In this document: in pieces, positions 25,951 through 40,267 of the stretch
Layout: each line of letters starts with the position of its first letter
How positions within the stretch are numbered: position 1 is the first letter of the stretch
Assembly (NCBI GenBank): GCA_951406725.2
Contig: OX597833.1
Coordinates: 53,940,001-54,004,000, forward strand
Direction of reading: 5' to 3'
DNA: 64,000 nt
DNA from: Octopus vulgaris
Taxonomy: Eukaryota
The notes under the pieces: generated by a model
What the model saw: the letters and a program-made list of their open reading frames with translations, nothing else
Databases searched by the model: none
What the model was told of the DNA's origin: nothing
Position numbers and translations under genes: made by a program

Positions 25951-27717
25951 TCTAATGATTCTTCCAACCACTGCTCTCACTTAATACAATAATGTAATTC
26001 ACAATGCACTTACACTATCACTTTACTTAATTAAGTCCTTTACTACTAATGAGGTAAAGGCCATTGATGACTTTTTTTTGTTGCTATTCTCAAGATTGAG
26101 TTGTCTTTTCTGTTTCTCTCTAGGTAGACGATGAAGAGAAATCAAAAATGGACAGTCCTCTCCCAGGACTTGGTTTTTAACTATCATCAATAACTCTGTA
26201 ATTTGAAAAGAAAAATTATGTTGATCTATACGAAAGCAACTTTAAAAAATGTTATGCAAACTATCAGTATTGTTTCTGACATATTGATAAAAATGAAGCC
26301 ATTAAGTTGGCTAGTCATGTATGAGTTCCTAAAAACCAACTGCACACCACATACAATCAAATACCCCAATATGAAAGACATTGTCACTTTGCATGCCTCA
26401 TTGAGATCCCATTCTCAATTGTAACTGGTGAGACCCTAAAACTTGCCCACTAGATCAGGTGTGTTTTATGAATCCAGTAGTGTATGTAGCTGAAGTCACA
26501 GCAGTGCTTCAACATAATATAATAGAAACAAAATATTACATCAGTTCATATGAAGGCAATTTTAAAAGACATAATGCAAACCACAAGTTTTCTTTCTGAT
26601 ACATCAATATCAATAAAAATAAAGTGACTAGGTTGGCTAACCACATACGGGGTCTGAAGTCCAACTGCACACTAAACAATCAGGTAGAAAATTGTGGATA
26701 AATATATGCCATTTGTAAATGAATCAAAGAGACGCAACTTATGTGTAGCCTAATGAGTGCACATTGTTATTAGATCCAAGAATTTCATGACATAACTTAA
26801 TTCCAGACATGAAATTTTCAGCAAATGCAAGTACATGGACAAATTTCTTTAGTCAAACTGGTGGACACAAGCCTCTCTAAATTGAGCTGCTGTCTTGCAG
26901 ACTTTAGGACTCCTCACCATTGAATTATTCTATACCAGCTAGATTATGACTGATATGGTCAAAGGTGATGTAACTCTCAATTTCCCTTTATTTTTCTGTT
27001 TTTATTCACCCTTTGCCTTCTCATTCCACATTTGACATCAACTTTCTTCTTGTATTTTCACATGGATTTTCATGTACCAGCATCCTGGTTTTCAGATCAA
27101 ACTAACCATGTGGCCTGAGCCTGAAGATGGCTTGGTGACACCAGGCATACATAGCATTGGTAAAGCATTGGTGTAATCATGATGTTCAAGTTAGTTGGTG
27201 TGCTACTTTCTTTATCTGCACTGATTTGTAAATAGAGAATTTTATTGCATAATGCGGAGCATACATACTAGTGCAGACATGTAAAATAATTTATTATACA
27301 CTGAAATAATAATTACATGGAGAAAGCTACGAAACAGCTGTAATCTTAACGATGACAAGTGGTTAAATACATATATTTACCTCTCATACCTTTTGACTTT
27401 TTATAGCTTATATGTGCCTCATGAAATAATTTCTTCAATTGGATGTCCTGGATTTCAGCTGCATAGAATTCTGCATTCTACTTCTCCATATTGGATTTCT
27501 AGGTTGTCTGTTAGCCAGGTCTGCTGGAAGAGCTTTGCTTTGTGTCATAGCCACATGATTTTATGAATATATATATATTACACAACATACACATATGTAT
27601 GTATGAATGAGTGTGTGTGTGTGTGTGTGTGTAACATATATATATATATATATAAATATGTAAATATACATATATACATATATAAATATGTAATATGTAA
27701 TATATATATACATACAT

Positions 27718-27772
<55 letters not shown>

Positions 27773-28384
27773 CACACATATATATATATATACATGTGTG
27801 TATGTCTGTTTGTGCTTGTGTGTGTATGTATATATATATATATATATATACATACACACACAAGCACAAACAGACATACACATATGTATATATATCAATA
27901 TGTATGCATGTGTGTGCGTGCGTGTGTGAATGTGTGTGTGTGTGTGTGTCCATGTGCATGTGTGCTGTATGGTCATAAACAAGTGAAAATACAAAAAAAA
28001 AAAACTTACATAAAGTATTTTTGAATGTAACAAAGCATTGCTAATGTCAGAATCTGAGAAAGAGGAAAAAAAAAGTATAAAAAGGAAAAAAAAAAAAGAA
28101 ACAATAAAATAAGAAACAAAAAAAAAGCTTCTTTTAATGTACAAACTCTAAAAAAAAAAAAACCGAAATGAAACAAAGAATAGAAAAGTCGACAAGAAAG
28201 GTTTTATTTAGGTATTTGAATTTTAACAAATAGTTTATAGAGGAAATATTACAATACACAAAACCACTCCTTGATATGTTTTTGAACTGTATAACTGGAT
28301 AGATGGCTGGTCAGAACAATATAAATCCCGATAGACATATTTCCTTATATGTGTTTATATATATGTATATATGTGTGTGTGTAT

Positions 28385-28473
<89 letters not shown>

Positions 28474-28488
28474 TATACATATATATAT

Positions 28489-28564
<76 letters not shown>

Positions 28565-28643
28565 AACATGTATATATACATATATATATATATATAAAAA
28601 CATACCCACACACATACACATATTTATATATATGTATATATAT

Positions 28644-28683
<40 letters not shown>

Positions 28684-28969
28684 TATATATATATATATAT
28701 ATGCATATATATATATATATACATGCACATATTTATATACATAGCCTCACCTCATGTACATAATATACACAGCCTCACACACATCGACACACGTCCATAC
28801 ATGCATGTGCATATACACACATACACACAAATACACAAAACATACATCACTTCAAAAAAAAATGAATGCACTAGGTTACTTATACACATACACACACACA
28901 CTCTCATAAACACACACAGGCCCACATAACTTTAAGCTCGCCCATGCATAAATTCACACATGCTCACCT

Positions 28970-29004
<35 letters not shown>

Positions 29005-29131
29005 ACCGATCTCACATACACACATGTGCTTGTGCACCCTAGTTCAGCCAGGTTATCATTATAATCTCCCTTTTGTTCAGCCTCTTTCTTCCAGTCATTT
29101 CATCATGTTGAACCATTAATCCCTACACATC

Positions 29132-29167
29132 CTTTCTGTTGAAGAGCAAAGGCTTGAAACATGAAAG
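29132..29167 (+). ncRNA. Degenerate minimal type I hammerhead-like motif within a small repeat (~29040-29260)
   Basis: cttt CTGTTGA agagc aaag gctt GAAAC ATG aaag; homologous to 60014-60049. Confidence 0.4.
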
Positions 29168-29264
29168 ACTTTTCCATTTTTCCCAAGTGTCAAACTAATA
29201 CCCTGCTTGTTGTTCCCTCACCTGTCTTCGTCTTTTGTTTTCTGTAAATTCAAGCTATATATAT

Positions 29265-29604
29265 AAAAGCACCATCTGTTCATGTCCGTTGCCAGCCTCG
29301 CCTGGCCCCTGTGCCGGTGGCACGTAAAAGCACCATCCGCTTGTGTCCATTGCCAGCCTCGCCTGGCCCCCATGCCGGTGGCACTTAAAAGCACCATCCA
29401 TTCGTGGCCGTTTGCCAGCTCCGTCTGGCACCTATGCGGGTGGCACATAAAAAGCACCCACTACACTCACGGAGTGGTTGGCGTTAGGAAGGGCATCCAG
29501 CCGTAGAAACACTGCCAGATCAGACTGGGCCTGATGCGGCCTTCCGGCTTCACAGACCCCAGTTGAACCGTCCAACCCATGCTAGCATGGAAAGTGGACG
29601 CTAA

Positions 29605-29635
<31 letters not shown>
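29265..29635 (+). mobile_element. SINE-like family D with tandem ~60-bp ggcacgtaaaagcacc units
   Basis: Family sequence, (ATG)n tail. Confidence 0.85.
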
Positions 29636-29663
<28 letters not shown>

Positions 29664-29665
<2 letters not shown>

Positions 29666-30060
29666 CGCAGGAGTGGCTGTGTGGTAAGTAGCTTGCTAAC
29701 CAACCACACGGTTCCGGGTTCAGTCCCACTGCGTGGCATCTTGGGCAAGTGTCTACTGCTATAGCCTCGGGCCAACCAAAGCCTTGTGAGTGGATTTGGT
29801 AGACGGAAACTGAAAGAAGCCTGTCATATATATGTATATATATGTGTATGTGTGTGTATATGTTTGTGCTTGTCCCTCCAACATCGCTTGGCAACCGATG
29901 CTGGTGTGTTTACGTCCCCATCACTTAGCGGTTCGTCGAAAGAGACTGATAGAATAAGTACTGGGTTTACAAAGAATAAGTCTTGGGGTCGATTTGCTCA
30001 ACCAAAGGCGGTGTTCCAGCATGGCCGCAGTCAAATGACTGAAAGAAGTAAAAGAGAGAA
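29664..30060 (+). mobile_element. SINE family A, full length
   Basis: Family sequence. Confidence 0.9.
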
Positions 30061-30663
30061 AGAGAGAGATATATATATATGGATATATGGCTGTATGGTA
30101 AGTAGCTTGCTTACCAACTACACGGTTCCAGGTTCAGTCCCACTGCATGGCACCAATGTTAGTGTGTTAACATCCTCATAGCTTAGCAGTTCAGCAAAAG
30201 AGACTGATAGAACTAGTACCAACTTTAAAAAGAGCAAGTTCTTGGATCAATTTGTTTGGACTAAATTTCTTCAAGGCTGTGCCCCAGCATGGCCACAGTC
30301 CAATGACTGATACATATGATAAACAGAAGATAACAGATGAAAGTAGATACCAGTCATGTGCTGGGGGGGGGGGGGGTTGATGATATTCACTAACACCGTC
30401 TCCTCAAAATTGCAGGCCTTCCTTATGCATAAAATTTAAACCAATTATTTTGTTGGGTAGCTGTAATTGTACTCATGTGTGATGTCTAATTTGTGTTACG
30501 TGTTTTTAAGTGTTGGATGGTAATTGTGCAGAGCATGTGCCGTGTGTGTGTATGGGGTGGGGGCGTGGGGGTGTTAGTTGCGTTATTTTATTGGTGGTGG
30601 TGATGGTGGTGATGGATGGAGCATTTGTGTAGAATGCGAGTTGCGTGAGATGTTGGTGTCATG

Positions 30664-31470
<807 letters not shown>

Positions 31471-31474
31471 ATAC

Positions 31475-31523
31475 CCTATTATCTCACGAGCAGAAAAAGT
31501 AGTATTGCTCCGTTGAAATGTAT
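31475..31523 (-). CDS. Candidate short exon (x)TFQRSNTTFSAREII(G)
   Basis: Strong acceptor ttttaattgtttttag and donor GTATGT; reading frame ambiguous. Confidence 0.3.
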
Positions 31524-31590
31524 CTAAAAACAATTAAAACAATGAAATAAAAAAGAAATGCTACACACATTTAAAATAAAGTACACACAC

Positions 31591-31639
<49 letters not shown>

Positions 31640-32020
31640 TACAACGGGGTTTCTTTCAGTTTCTGTTTACCAAACCCACACACAAGGCTTTGGTTGACCT
31701 GAAGCTATAGTAGGAGGCACTTGCCCATCATCATCATTAGCAGTTGTAGTAAAGTGGCAAGCCGGCAGGATTGTTCTCATGCCAGATAAAATGCTTAGCT
31801 GCACTTTGTCCGTTCCTATGTCCTGAGTTCAAATTCCACCAAGGTCAACTTAGCCATTCATCTTTTCGGATTTGATAAAATAAGCACAAGTGAAACACTG
31901 AGGTCGATGTAATCAACTAAGCCCCCTACCTTCCTCTGAATTTGCTGGCCTTGTGCCAAAACTTTGAAATTATTATTGGTGTTTACAGTGTACTGAAAAT
32001 GATCAATAATCTCTGATACC

Positions 32021-32254
32021 TATTTCTTTATTACCCACAAGGGGCTAAACATAGAGGGCACAAACAAGGACAGACATAGGTATTAAGTCGATTACATCGA
32101 CCCCAGTGCGGAACTGGTACTTAATTTATCGACCCTGAAAGGATGAAAGGCAAAGTCAACCTCGGTGGAATTTGAACTCACAATGTAACGGCAGACGAAA
32201 TACCACTAAGCATTTCATCCGGCGTGCTAACGTTTCTGCCAGCTCGCCGCCTTG
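32021..32254 (-). mobile_element. SINE family B with ~15-bp TSD
   Basis: aataatctctgatacc on both sides. Confidence 0.85.
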
Positions 32255-32289
32255 AATAATCTCTGATACCGATGCATGTTTTATATATT

Positions 32290-32597
32290 GTTGTTGTTTG
32301 TTCCTTCTCGAGCCATGCCTGGCTCATAAGGGCCAGTTTCCTGGTTTCCTTGGCGTATAGGTTCCCCACCTGGATGGGACGCCGGTCCGTCACAGGTGAG
32401 CTGCAAGATGCAGGAGGAAAGAGTGAGAGAATGTTGTGACGAAAGAGTCAGCAGAAGTTCACCATTACCTTCTGCCGGAGCCGCATGGAACTTAGGTGCT
32501 TCACTCATAAACACACACATCGCCCGGTCTGAGATTCGAACCCGCGATCCCTCGACTGCAAGTCCGCTGCTCTAACCACTAGGCCATGTGCCTCCAC
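32290..32597 (-). mobile_element. SINE family C
   Basis: Head ggaggcacatggcctagtggttagagc, B box ggttcgaatc. Confidence 0.85.
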
Positions 32598-32989
32598 CTG
32601 TTATATATATTCTTGTGTAAGAACTGACGACTTATAGATATTGTTATACTTCTTGTTATCCGATGCCTAATTTCATCTTTCACACTGATCTGAAATTTGT
32701 TAAATATTTCATATACATTCACTAATACAATGCGGAGTGAATAACTTTTCACCCGGAATCTCTCCTATCAATGTTGTTATTACGTGGGTATGATGCCAAA
32801 ATTCAGAACCATTTTAGACTGTCTTGTAGTTTAAATGCTTTTGTGCCAACTGCATCTTCACAGTTGCATAAATTTTGCTGATGGGAGGAATTGACCTCAG
32901 TAACTGAAGCCAATACAGAATTTATCAGTCATGCGGTTCTTCCTGTGTTCTAGTAATTACACCCTCGTTATGCTATATGTTACTGTTTT

Positions 32990-33640
32990 GTTAAGAAGTT
33001 TGCTTCTCAACCACATGGTTTCAGGTTCAATCCCACTCAGCGGAATCTTAGGCAAGTGTCTTTTACTATAGCCTCAGGCCAAGCAAAGCCTTGTGAGTTG
33101 ATTAAGTAGACGGAAACTGAAAGAAGCTTGTTGTGTATATAGCAGAGGTAGCTATAGGTATAGGAATGGCTGTGTGGTAAGTAGCTTGTTTACCAACCAC
33201 ATGGTTCCAGGTTCAATCCCACTCAGCGGAATCTTAGGCAAGTGTCTTTTACTATAGCCTCAGGCCAAATAAAGCCTTGTGAGTGGATTTGGTAGACAGA
33301 AACTGAAAGAAGCCTGTTGTGTATATAGCAGGAGTAGCTATAGGTATAGGAATGGCTGTGTGGTAAGTAGCTTGCTTACGAACCACATGGTTCCGGGTTC
33401 ATTCCCACTGCATGACACCTTGGGCAAGTGTCTTCTACTATAGCCTCGGGCCGACCAAAGCCTTGTGAGTGGATTTGGTAGACAGAAACTGAAAGAAGCC
33501 TGTTGTGTATATAGAAGAGGTAGCTATAGGCATAGGAATGGCTGCGTGGTAAGTAGCTTGCTTACCAACCACATGGTTCCAGGTTCATTCCCACTGCGTG
33601 GCACCTTGGGCAAGTGTCTTCTACTATAGCCTTGGGCCTG
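32990..33640 (+). repeat. Tandem array of SINE-A heads, 186-bp period
   Basis: Equivalent positions (actatagcct) near 33071, 33257, 33443, 33629. Confidence 0.9.
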
Positions 33641-33805
33641 TGTGTGTGTCTTTATGCATATGTTCGTCCCCCACCACTGCTTGGCAGCCAGTGTTGGTGT
33701 GTTTACATCCCCATAAATTAGTGCTTTGGCAAATGAACATTGATGATGACAATGATTATTACCTTATTTCTAATGAAAGACACTGCTTTTGTTTCAATTA
33801 ATTTT

Positions 33806-34235
33806 GAGTGGCTGTGTGGGAAGTAGCTTGGTTATGAACCACTTGGTTCCAGGTTCAGTCCCACTTCGTGGCACCCTAGGTAAGTGTCTTCTACTATAGC
33901 CTCGGGCCGACCAAAGCCTTGTGAGTGGATTTGGTAGATGGAAACTGAAAGAAGCCCGTCGTATATATGTATATGTGTATATATATACATACATATGTGC
34001 GTGTATGTATGTTTGTGTGTCTATGTTTTTCCCCACCACATAGCTTGACAACCGTGATGCTAGTGTGTTTACGTCCCCATAACTTAGTGGTTCGGCAAAA
34101 GAGACTGATAGAAAAAGTACTAGACTTACAAAGAATAAGTCCTGGGTTCGATTTGTTCGATTAAAGGCAGTGCTCCAGCATGGCCACGGTCAAATGACTG
34201 AAACAATTAAAAGAGTAAAAGAGTAAAAGAGTAAA
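33806..34235 (+). mobile_element. SINE family A
   Basis: Family sequence. Confidence 0.85.
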
Positions 34236-34401
34236 GTAACTGTCTTTATTAACTGGGACTCCATTGATTATAATGATGAATACTCCAATTAATCTGATCA
34301 ACAGAACATCCTACTCATGAAATTAGTATGCAAGTGGCTGAGTACTCCACAGACACATGTACCCTTAACATAGATCTCAGAGAGATTCAGTCTGACACTG
34401 A

Positions 34402-34886
34402 ATGATGACAATGATAATGATAGTGATGACAATGGCAGTAGTAATGGTACTGGTGGTGGCGGTGGTGATGGTGATGGTAGTGATGATAATGGCAGTGGTG
34501 ATGGTGGCGGTGGTGGTGGTGATGGTGGTGGTGTTGGTGGTGGTAGTGATTTTGGTGGTGATGGTGGTGGTGGTGGTGGTGTTGGTGATGGTGGTGGTGG
34601 TGTCGGCGGTGTGTTGGTGGTAGTGGTGATTTTGGTGGTGATAGTGGTGGTGGTGGTGATGGTAGTGATGGTAGCGGCAGTGGTGATGGTGGCGGTGTTG
34701 GTGATGGTGGTGGTGGTGGTGTTGGTGATGGTGGTGGTGGTGTCGGCGGTGTGTTGGTGGTAGTGGTGACAGTGGTGCTCATATTGCTGGTAGTAGTGAT
34801 GACACCGCCGCCGCCGCCGATGATGATGATGGTATTAACAACACAAACGAGAATGATGATAACAATGATGAATATGACGATGATGG

Positions 34887-34921
<35 letters not shown>

Positions 34922-35243
34922 GTGATGACGATGATGATGATGACGATGACGATGATGATGATGATGATGATGATGATTATGATGACAATGGTGATGATGA
35001 TGATGATAACAATGATGAATATGACGATGATGGTGATGATGATGATGATGATGAACACGACAATGACAATGATAATGATGATGACGATGACAGCAATGAT
35101 GATGAGGATGATGTTGATGACAACGACAACGATGATGATGATGATGATGACGATGACAACAACGATGATGATGATGATAATGACGACAACGATGATGATG
35201 ATGATGATGATGACGACGACAACGATGATGATGACAATGATGA
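34402..35243. repeat. Compound (GGT)n/(GAT)n microsatellite
   Basis: Direct inspection. Confidence 0.95.
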
Positions 35244-36238
35244 ATCAAGTGCAATCTAATAAGACACCATAAAAGAAAATTCTATTGAATATTCAAGAAA
35301 AAACAAATGTAATTACATTTATTGTGAAAATATTACAATAAGAAATAAAAATGCAAATTGACATTTTTAACTGGATTTTGTTTTTGAGAATTTGCAAATC
35401 ATTAGAATAATAAATACAGCATTATATAATCAGTAAAAACGTATTTATTTTATGCAAAATCCAGACTTTTTCTTGAAAGCTACAAATAACCTTTAAGCTA
35501 TGTGTTCCTTCCTCACCTTTAGATTAAACCATAAAACACAAAATTTTAAAGTTTATCTTTACAGGTTTTCTATAGAATTTAGAGCCAGTACTGAAAGTTT
35601 CTATTTTTCATTTATGAATACATTTATGTAAACAATGTGATTGAAGGTAGAAAAAAAAAAAAAAGAAGGTAATGGGCGTATGTGCATATTTCAGGAATTA
35701 TTGCTCTTTCATCAGTACCACATCAAACCCATTAAGTATCCATGAATACATTGCTTAAATATCCACCAAGTTTAGTGGTGTTAAACTACTGGATAGACAA
35801 ATTTACAACTGGTATGTACAGAAAAAAATACATGTTTTACATGCCATCAAATATGGTGATTGAACTAGCTACTCAGAATGTATTATATATATATATGCAA
35901 ACTAGTCTATCCAATTTATGTAAGCCATGAGTAATAATGGGTTTATTAGTAGTGTCTGTGCAGGCAGTTAAAAAGATCTGATGGAATCATAACATAGGAT
36001 CCCTCTCTTCATCTTTTGACTTAGATATTGTATTCAAAGACAAGATGTCTACATTTATTTACAACATAACAGCAGTTTTATCTCATATCCAAGAATTTAG
36101 TTTCTTCTTTGTTGAACACTTCCTTTATGGTTATGGACTTGATGACTAAGCAGACCAATTCTTGCATAGAAGAAGAGCTGATGGCATTGAATGCATGATA
36201 ATGCTGGTGGAGAATGAGATTGATTCATTGAGCCTTAC

Positions 36239-36325
36239 TCTCATTTTGCATGATTTCTTCCTTTTCTCTTCTAGTGGGTTCAAAGTTTTTGGTTCTGATG
36301 GTGATAGAACATCACAACTTGGTAC
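36239..36325 (-). CDS. Candidate internal exon VPSCDVLSPSEPKTLNPLEEKRKKSCKMR
   Basis: Acceptor cttttctgtag, donor GTAAGG, 87 nt phase 0-0, the only open frame. Confidence 0.38.
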
Positions 36326-36395
36326 CTACAGAAAAGCTGTATATTAGAGACAGAGGCAGTATTAATACAGAGAGGTAATATTTATCCTCACTTAA

Positions 36396-37098
36396 CCCTT
36401 TAGTGTTTTAACTGACTGTATCCGGCCCAAATATTCTATGCATTTTATGCTCAAACTGGCCAGAACATGCATCTCACACCTACCCTACAATGTCATTCTA
36501 AAAATAAGCAATTACATCTTTCCTATCTTGATGTAAAGTTACATTTGTTTGTAACTTTGCTAATTTTTGACATATATAGTTGCAGGAGTGGCTGTGTGAT
36601 AAATAGCTTGCTTACGAACCATATGGTTCCGGGTTCAGTCCCACTGTGTGGTACCTTGAGCAAGTGTTTTCTACTATAGCCTTGGGCCAACCAAAGCCTT
36701 GTGAGTGGATTTGGCAGACGGAAATTGAAAGAAGCCTGTCGTATATATGTATATGTATGCATGTGTGTGTATATGTTTGTGTGTCTGTGTTTGTCCCCCC
36801 AACATCGCTTGACAACTGATGCTGGTGTGTTTACGTCCCCATAATTTAGTGGTTCGGCAAAAGAGACCGACAGAATAAGTACTAGGCTTACAAAGAATAA
36901 GTCCTGGGGTCGATTTGCTTGACTAAAGGTGGTACTCCAGCATAGCCGCAGTCAAATGACTGAAACAAGTAAAAGAGTAAAAGAGTAAAGAGTATAGACT
37001 TAAAATCTTGTCAGTATGTATAAAATAATATCAGATAATTTTTTTAAATGTGAATAAATAAGGATTACTTTTGACAAATTAATCTGAATGCTAAAGGG
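36396..37098. mobile_element. piggyBac-type MITE containing a SINE A (~36580-36992)
   Basis: TTAA|CCCTTTAG ... CTAAAGGG|TTAA. Confidence 0.8.
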
Positions 37099-37441
37099 TT
37101 AAACATGGATGCTTTGTTAGAACAAGCTATTCTGCAGTAGACACCATGAGAGAAACTCTCGTATAGGCTTTTGGTACAGAATGCACACTTGTTTGTTCAT
37201 TTTGCGAGCGGGGAGATAAACCCTCATAAACTCCAGCTCTAAGACCACCATTAGATCACATGACTTTGACCTTTCTTGGTCTCATCAATGACTGGTGGTA
37301 TTGGTGCTGGAGTTGGTGGAGATTTATCTCCCCGCTAGCAATATAAACAAGCATGCATTCTGCACCAAAAGCCTATATGAGAATTTCTCTCATGATATCT
37401 ACCTTAGTAAAAGTTTGTTCTAAGAGAACATCTATGTTTAA
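37099..37441. repeat. ~150-bp imperfect inverted repeat (rod-like hairpin)
   Basis: Arms ~37099-37250 and ~37293-37441 align as reverse complements. Confidence 0.9.
37244..37299 (-). ncRNA. Degenerate type I hammerhead ribozyme at the hairpin apex
   Basis: TTGATGA gacc aagaaa ggtc AAAG tca tg tga TC; three core substitutions. Confidence 0.5.
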
Positions 37442-37456
37442 GTGGGAATAAATATT

Positions 37457-37669
37457 GATTTCAAATTTTGGTACAAGGCCAGTAATTTCAGCAGTGGGGA
37501 TAAGTCGATTATATCGATCCCATTGTTCAACTGGTGTTTATTTTATCGACCCTGAAAGGATAAAAGGCAAAGTTGACCTCAGCAGAATTTGAACTCAGAA
37601 CGTAGAAACAGACAAAAGTCCGCAAATTATTTTACCTGGTGTGCTAACAATTCCGCCAGCTCACCACTT
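37457..37669 (-). mobile_element. SINE family B with 19-bp TSD
   Basis: ttaagtgggaataaatatt on both sides. Confidence 0.85.
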
Positions 37670-38006
37670 TTAAGTGGGAATAAATATTACCTACAGAATA
37701 AAATTTTCCCATACAAGATGGTTGGTTCTGATCTGAGAGTGATTCTGATGCCATTTCAAACTGAACGACTGCTTAGAGCATTGGTTCTCAACCTTTTGAA
37801 TATCCAGACCAGATCCAAAACCTGGATTCTTTAGGGGGTCCAAAAAAAAAACCCATAAAACATAAGTCAATTAACTCTTTAGCATTCAGATTAATTAATC
37901 TCTCTCAAATATAATGCTTATTTGTTATTTATTTCGAATTTATCAGGTTCAAAAGGGGTGGCCACAATATTTGTTTGTAACTTTGCTAATTTTTGACATA
38001 TATATG

Positions 38007-38179
38007 TGCAGGAGTGGTTGTGTGGTAAGTAGCTTGCTTACCAACCACATGGTTCCGGGTTCAGTCCCACTGCATGGCACCTTGGGCAAGTGTCTTCTAC
38101 TATAGCCTCGGGCTGACCAAAGCCTTGTGAGTGGATTTGGTAGACGGAAACTGAAAGAAACCCACCATATATATATATG

Positions 38180-38210
<31 letters not shown>

Positions 38211-38430
38211 ATGTATGCGTGTGTATATGTTTGTGCGTCTGTGTTTGAACCCTACCCAATATCGCTTGACAATCGATGCTGGTATGTTTATGTCTCCATA
38301 ACTAAGAATAAGTACTAGGCTTACAAAGAATAAGTCCTGGGGTCGATTTGCTGGACTAAAAAGGTGATGCTCCAGCATGGCCACAGTCAAATGACTGAAA
38401 CAAATGAAAGAAAAGGAAAGAATAAAAGAA
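38007..38430 (+). mobile_element. SINE family A
   Basis: Family sequence. Confidence 0.85.
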
Positions 38431-39145
38431 TACTTAGAACCACCCTCACCCATAAAACTCACTTGGAAAACTTCCACGACCATATTTTCAATGAAATACA
38501 CTTTCTTTATGTTTTCAATAAATATGAAAATAATCAAAAAAATTTGCCGTGATTTAATTAATTAACAAACTATTGCCATGCAGTTTTGAATTAATATTTG
38601 GGCCGTAATTATTCACAGTTCTTAATTTAAATTATAATGCAATATTTTAAATTCAAATACGAACGCTTTATAAACAGGAGGTTTTATATTATGGACGTAA
38701 GAGACAGGCTCAGGTATGTCAGTATTGAAAAGGTTAAGCAATAATTATTCTTCCTTGTTACCTAGTTTAAGTACCACCCGTCTAGAATACTCATGATTGA
38801 TTGGGATGCACCGAAAAGCCCACATATAATAATAATTATTATTTATCATTATTTAATTGTCGTACTGTTGTTGTTGTTGTTGTAGTGGTACTGTCACATT
38901 GCCAAAAAAAACTAAGTATTTGGATTTGCTTGTGCTATATTCTTGAAATACCATCTGGTAATTTCCCTCGGGCGTTCTTTAAACTGTAATTTAGATTAAA
39001 CGCAGAGTACCACGACAAAAACTGTTTCCAGTGAACGGTATCAACTATCTCAGGATCACTTGCCCCATTAAAAGCAGCAACCAGCTCTATATTAAATCAC
39101 AATAAGCTGCCTTGAAAAATAAAAAAAAATAAAAAATGTGAGAGA

Positions 39146-39981
39146 GGCATAGGAGTGGCTGTGTGGTAAGTAGCTTGCTTACGAACCACATGGTTCCATG
39201 TTCAGTCCCACTGCGTGGCACCTTGGGCAAGTGTCTTCTACTATATATTTCTTTATTGCCCACAAGGGGCTAAACACAGAGGGGACAAACAAGAACAGAC
39301 AAACGGATTAAGTCGATTACATCGACCCCAGTGCGTAACTGGTACTTTATTTATCGACCCCGAAAAAATGAAAGGCAAAGTCGACCTCGGTGGAATTTGT
39401 TCTCAGAATGTAACGGCAGATGAAATACCGCTTAGCATCTCGCCCAGCGTGCTAACGTTTCCGCCAGTCTTCTACTATAGCCTCGGGCTGACCAAAGCCT
39501 TGTGAGTGGATTTGGTAGACGGAAACTGAAAGAAGCCTGTCGTGTATATGTATATATATATATATGTATGTGTATGTGTATATGTTTGTGTGTCTGTGTT
39601 TGCACCCCCAACCTCACTTGATAACTGATGCTGGTGTGCTTACGTCCCCATAACCTAGTGGTTCGGCAAAAGAGACCGATAGAATAAGTACTAGGCTTAC
39701 GAAGAATAAGTCCTGGGGGTCGATTTGCTTGACTAAAAAAGGTGGTACTCCAGCATGGCCACAGTCAAATGACTGAAACAAGTAAAAGAGTAAAAGAGAG
39801 AGAGAGAGAGAGGCGTAGGAGTAGCTGTGTGGTTATAGCTTGCTTACGAACCACATGGTTCCGGGTTCAGTCCCACTGCATGGCACCTTGGGCAAGTGTC
39901 TTCTACTATAGCCTCGGGCTGACCAAAGCCTTGTGAGTGGATTTGGTAGATGGAAACTGAAAGAAGCCCGTCGTATATATG

Positions 39982-40050
<69 letters not shown>

Positions 40051-40267
40051 ATGTTTGTGTGTCTGTGTTTGCACTCCCAACCTCACTTGACAACTGATGC
40101 TGGTGTGTTTACTCCCTGTAACTTAGCGGTTCGGCAAAAGAGACCGATAGAATAAGTACTAGGCTTACGAAGAATAAGTCCTGGGGGTTGATTTGCTCGA
40201 CTAAAAAAGGTGGTACTCCAGCATGGCTGCAGTCAAATGACTGAAACAAGTAAAAGAGTAAAAGAGA
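39146..40267 (+). mobile_element. Two tandem SINE A copies, the first with a nested minus-strand SINE B (~39247-39466)
   Basis: TSD gtcttctactata around the nested copy. Confidence 0.85.

Noticed and set aside
26124-26180. Plus-strand terminal exon candidate VDDEEKSKMDSPLPGLGF* after a good polypyrimidine acceptor
   Set aside because: No supporting upstream plus-strand exons found; single short signal
35675-35720. CTGATGA...GAAA on minus
   Set aside because: No U16.1/NUH site and weak stems; likely chance
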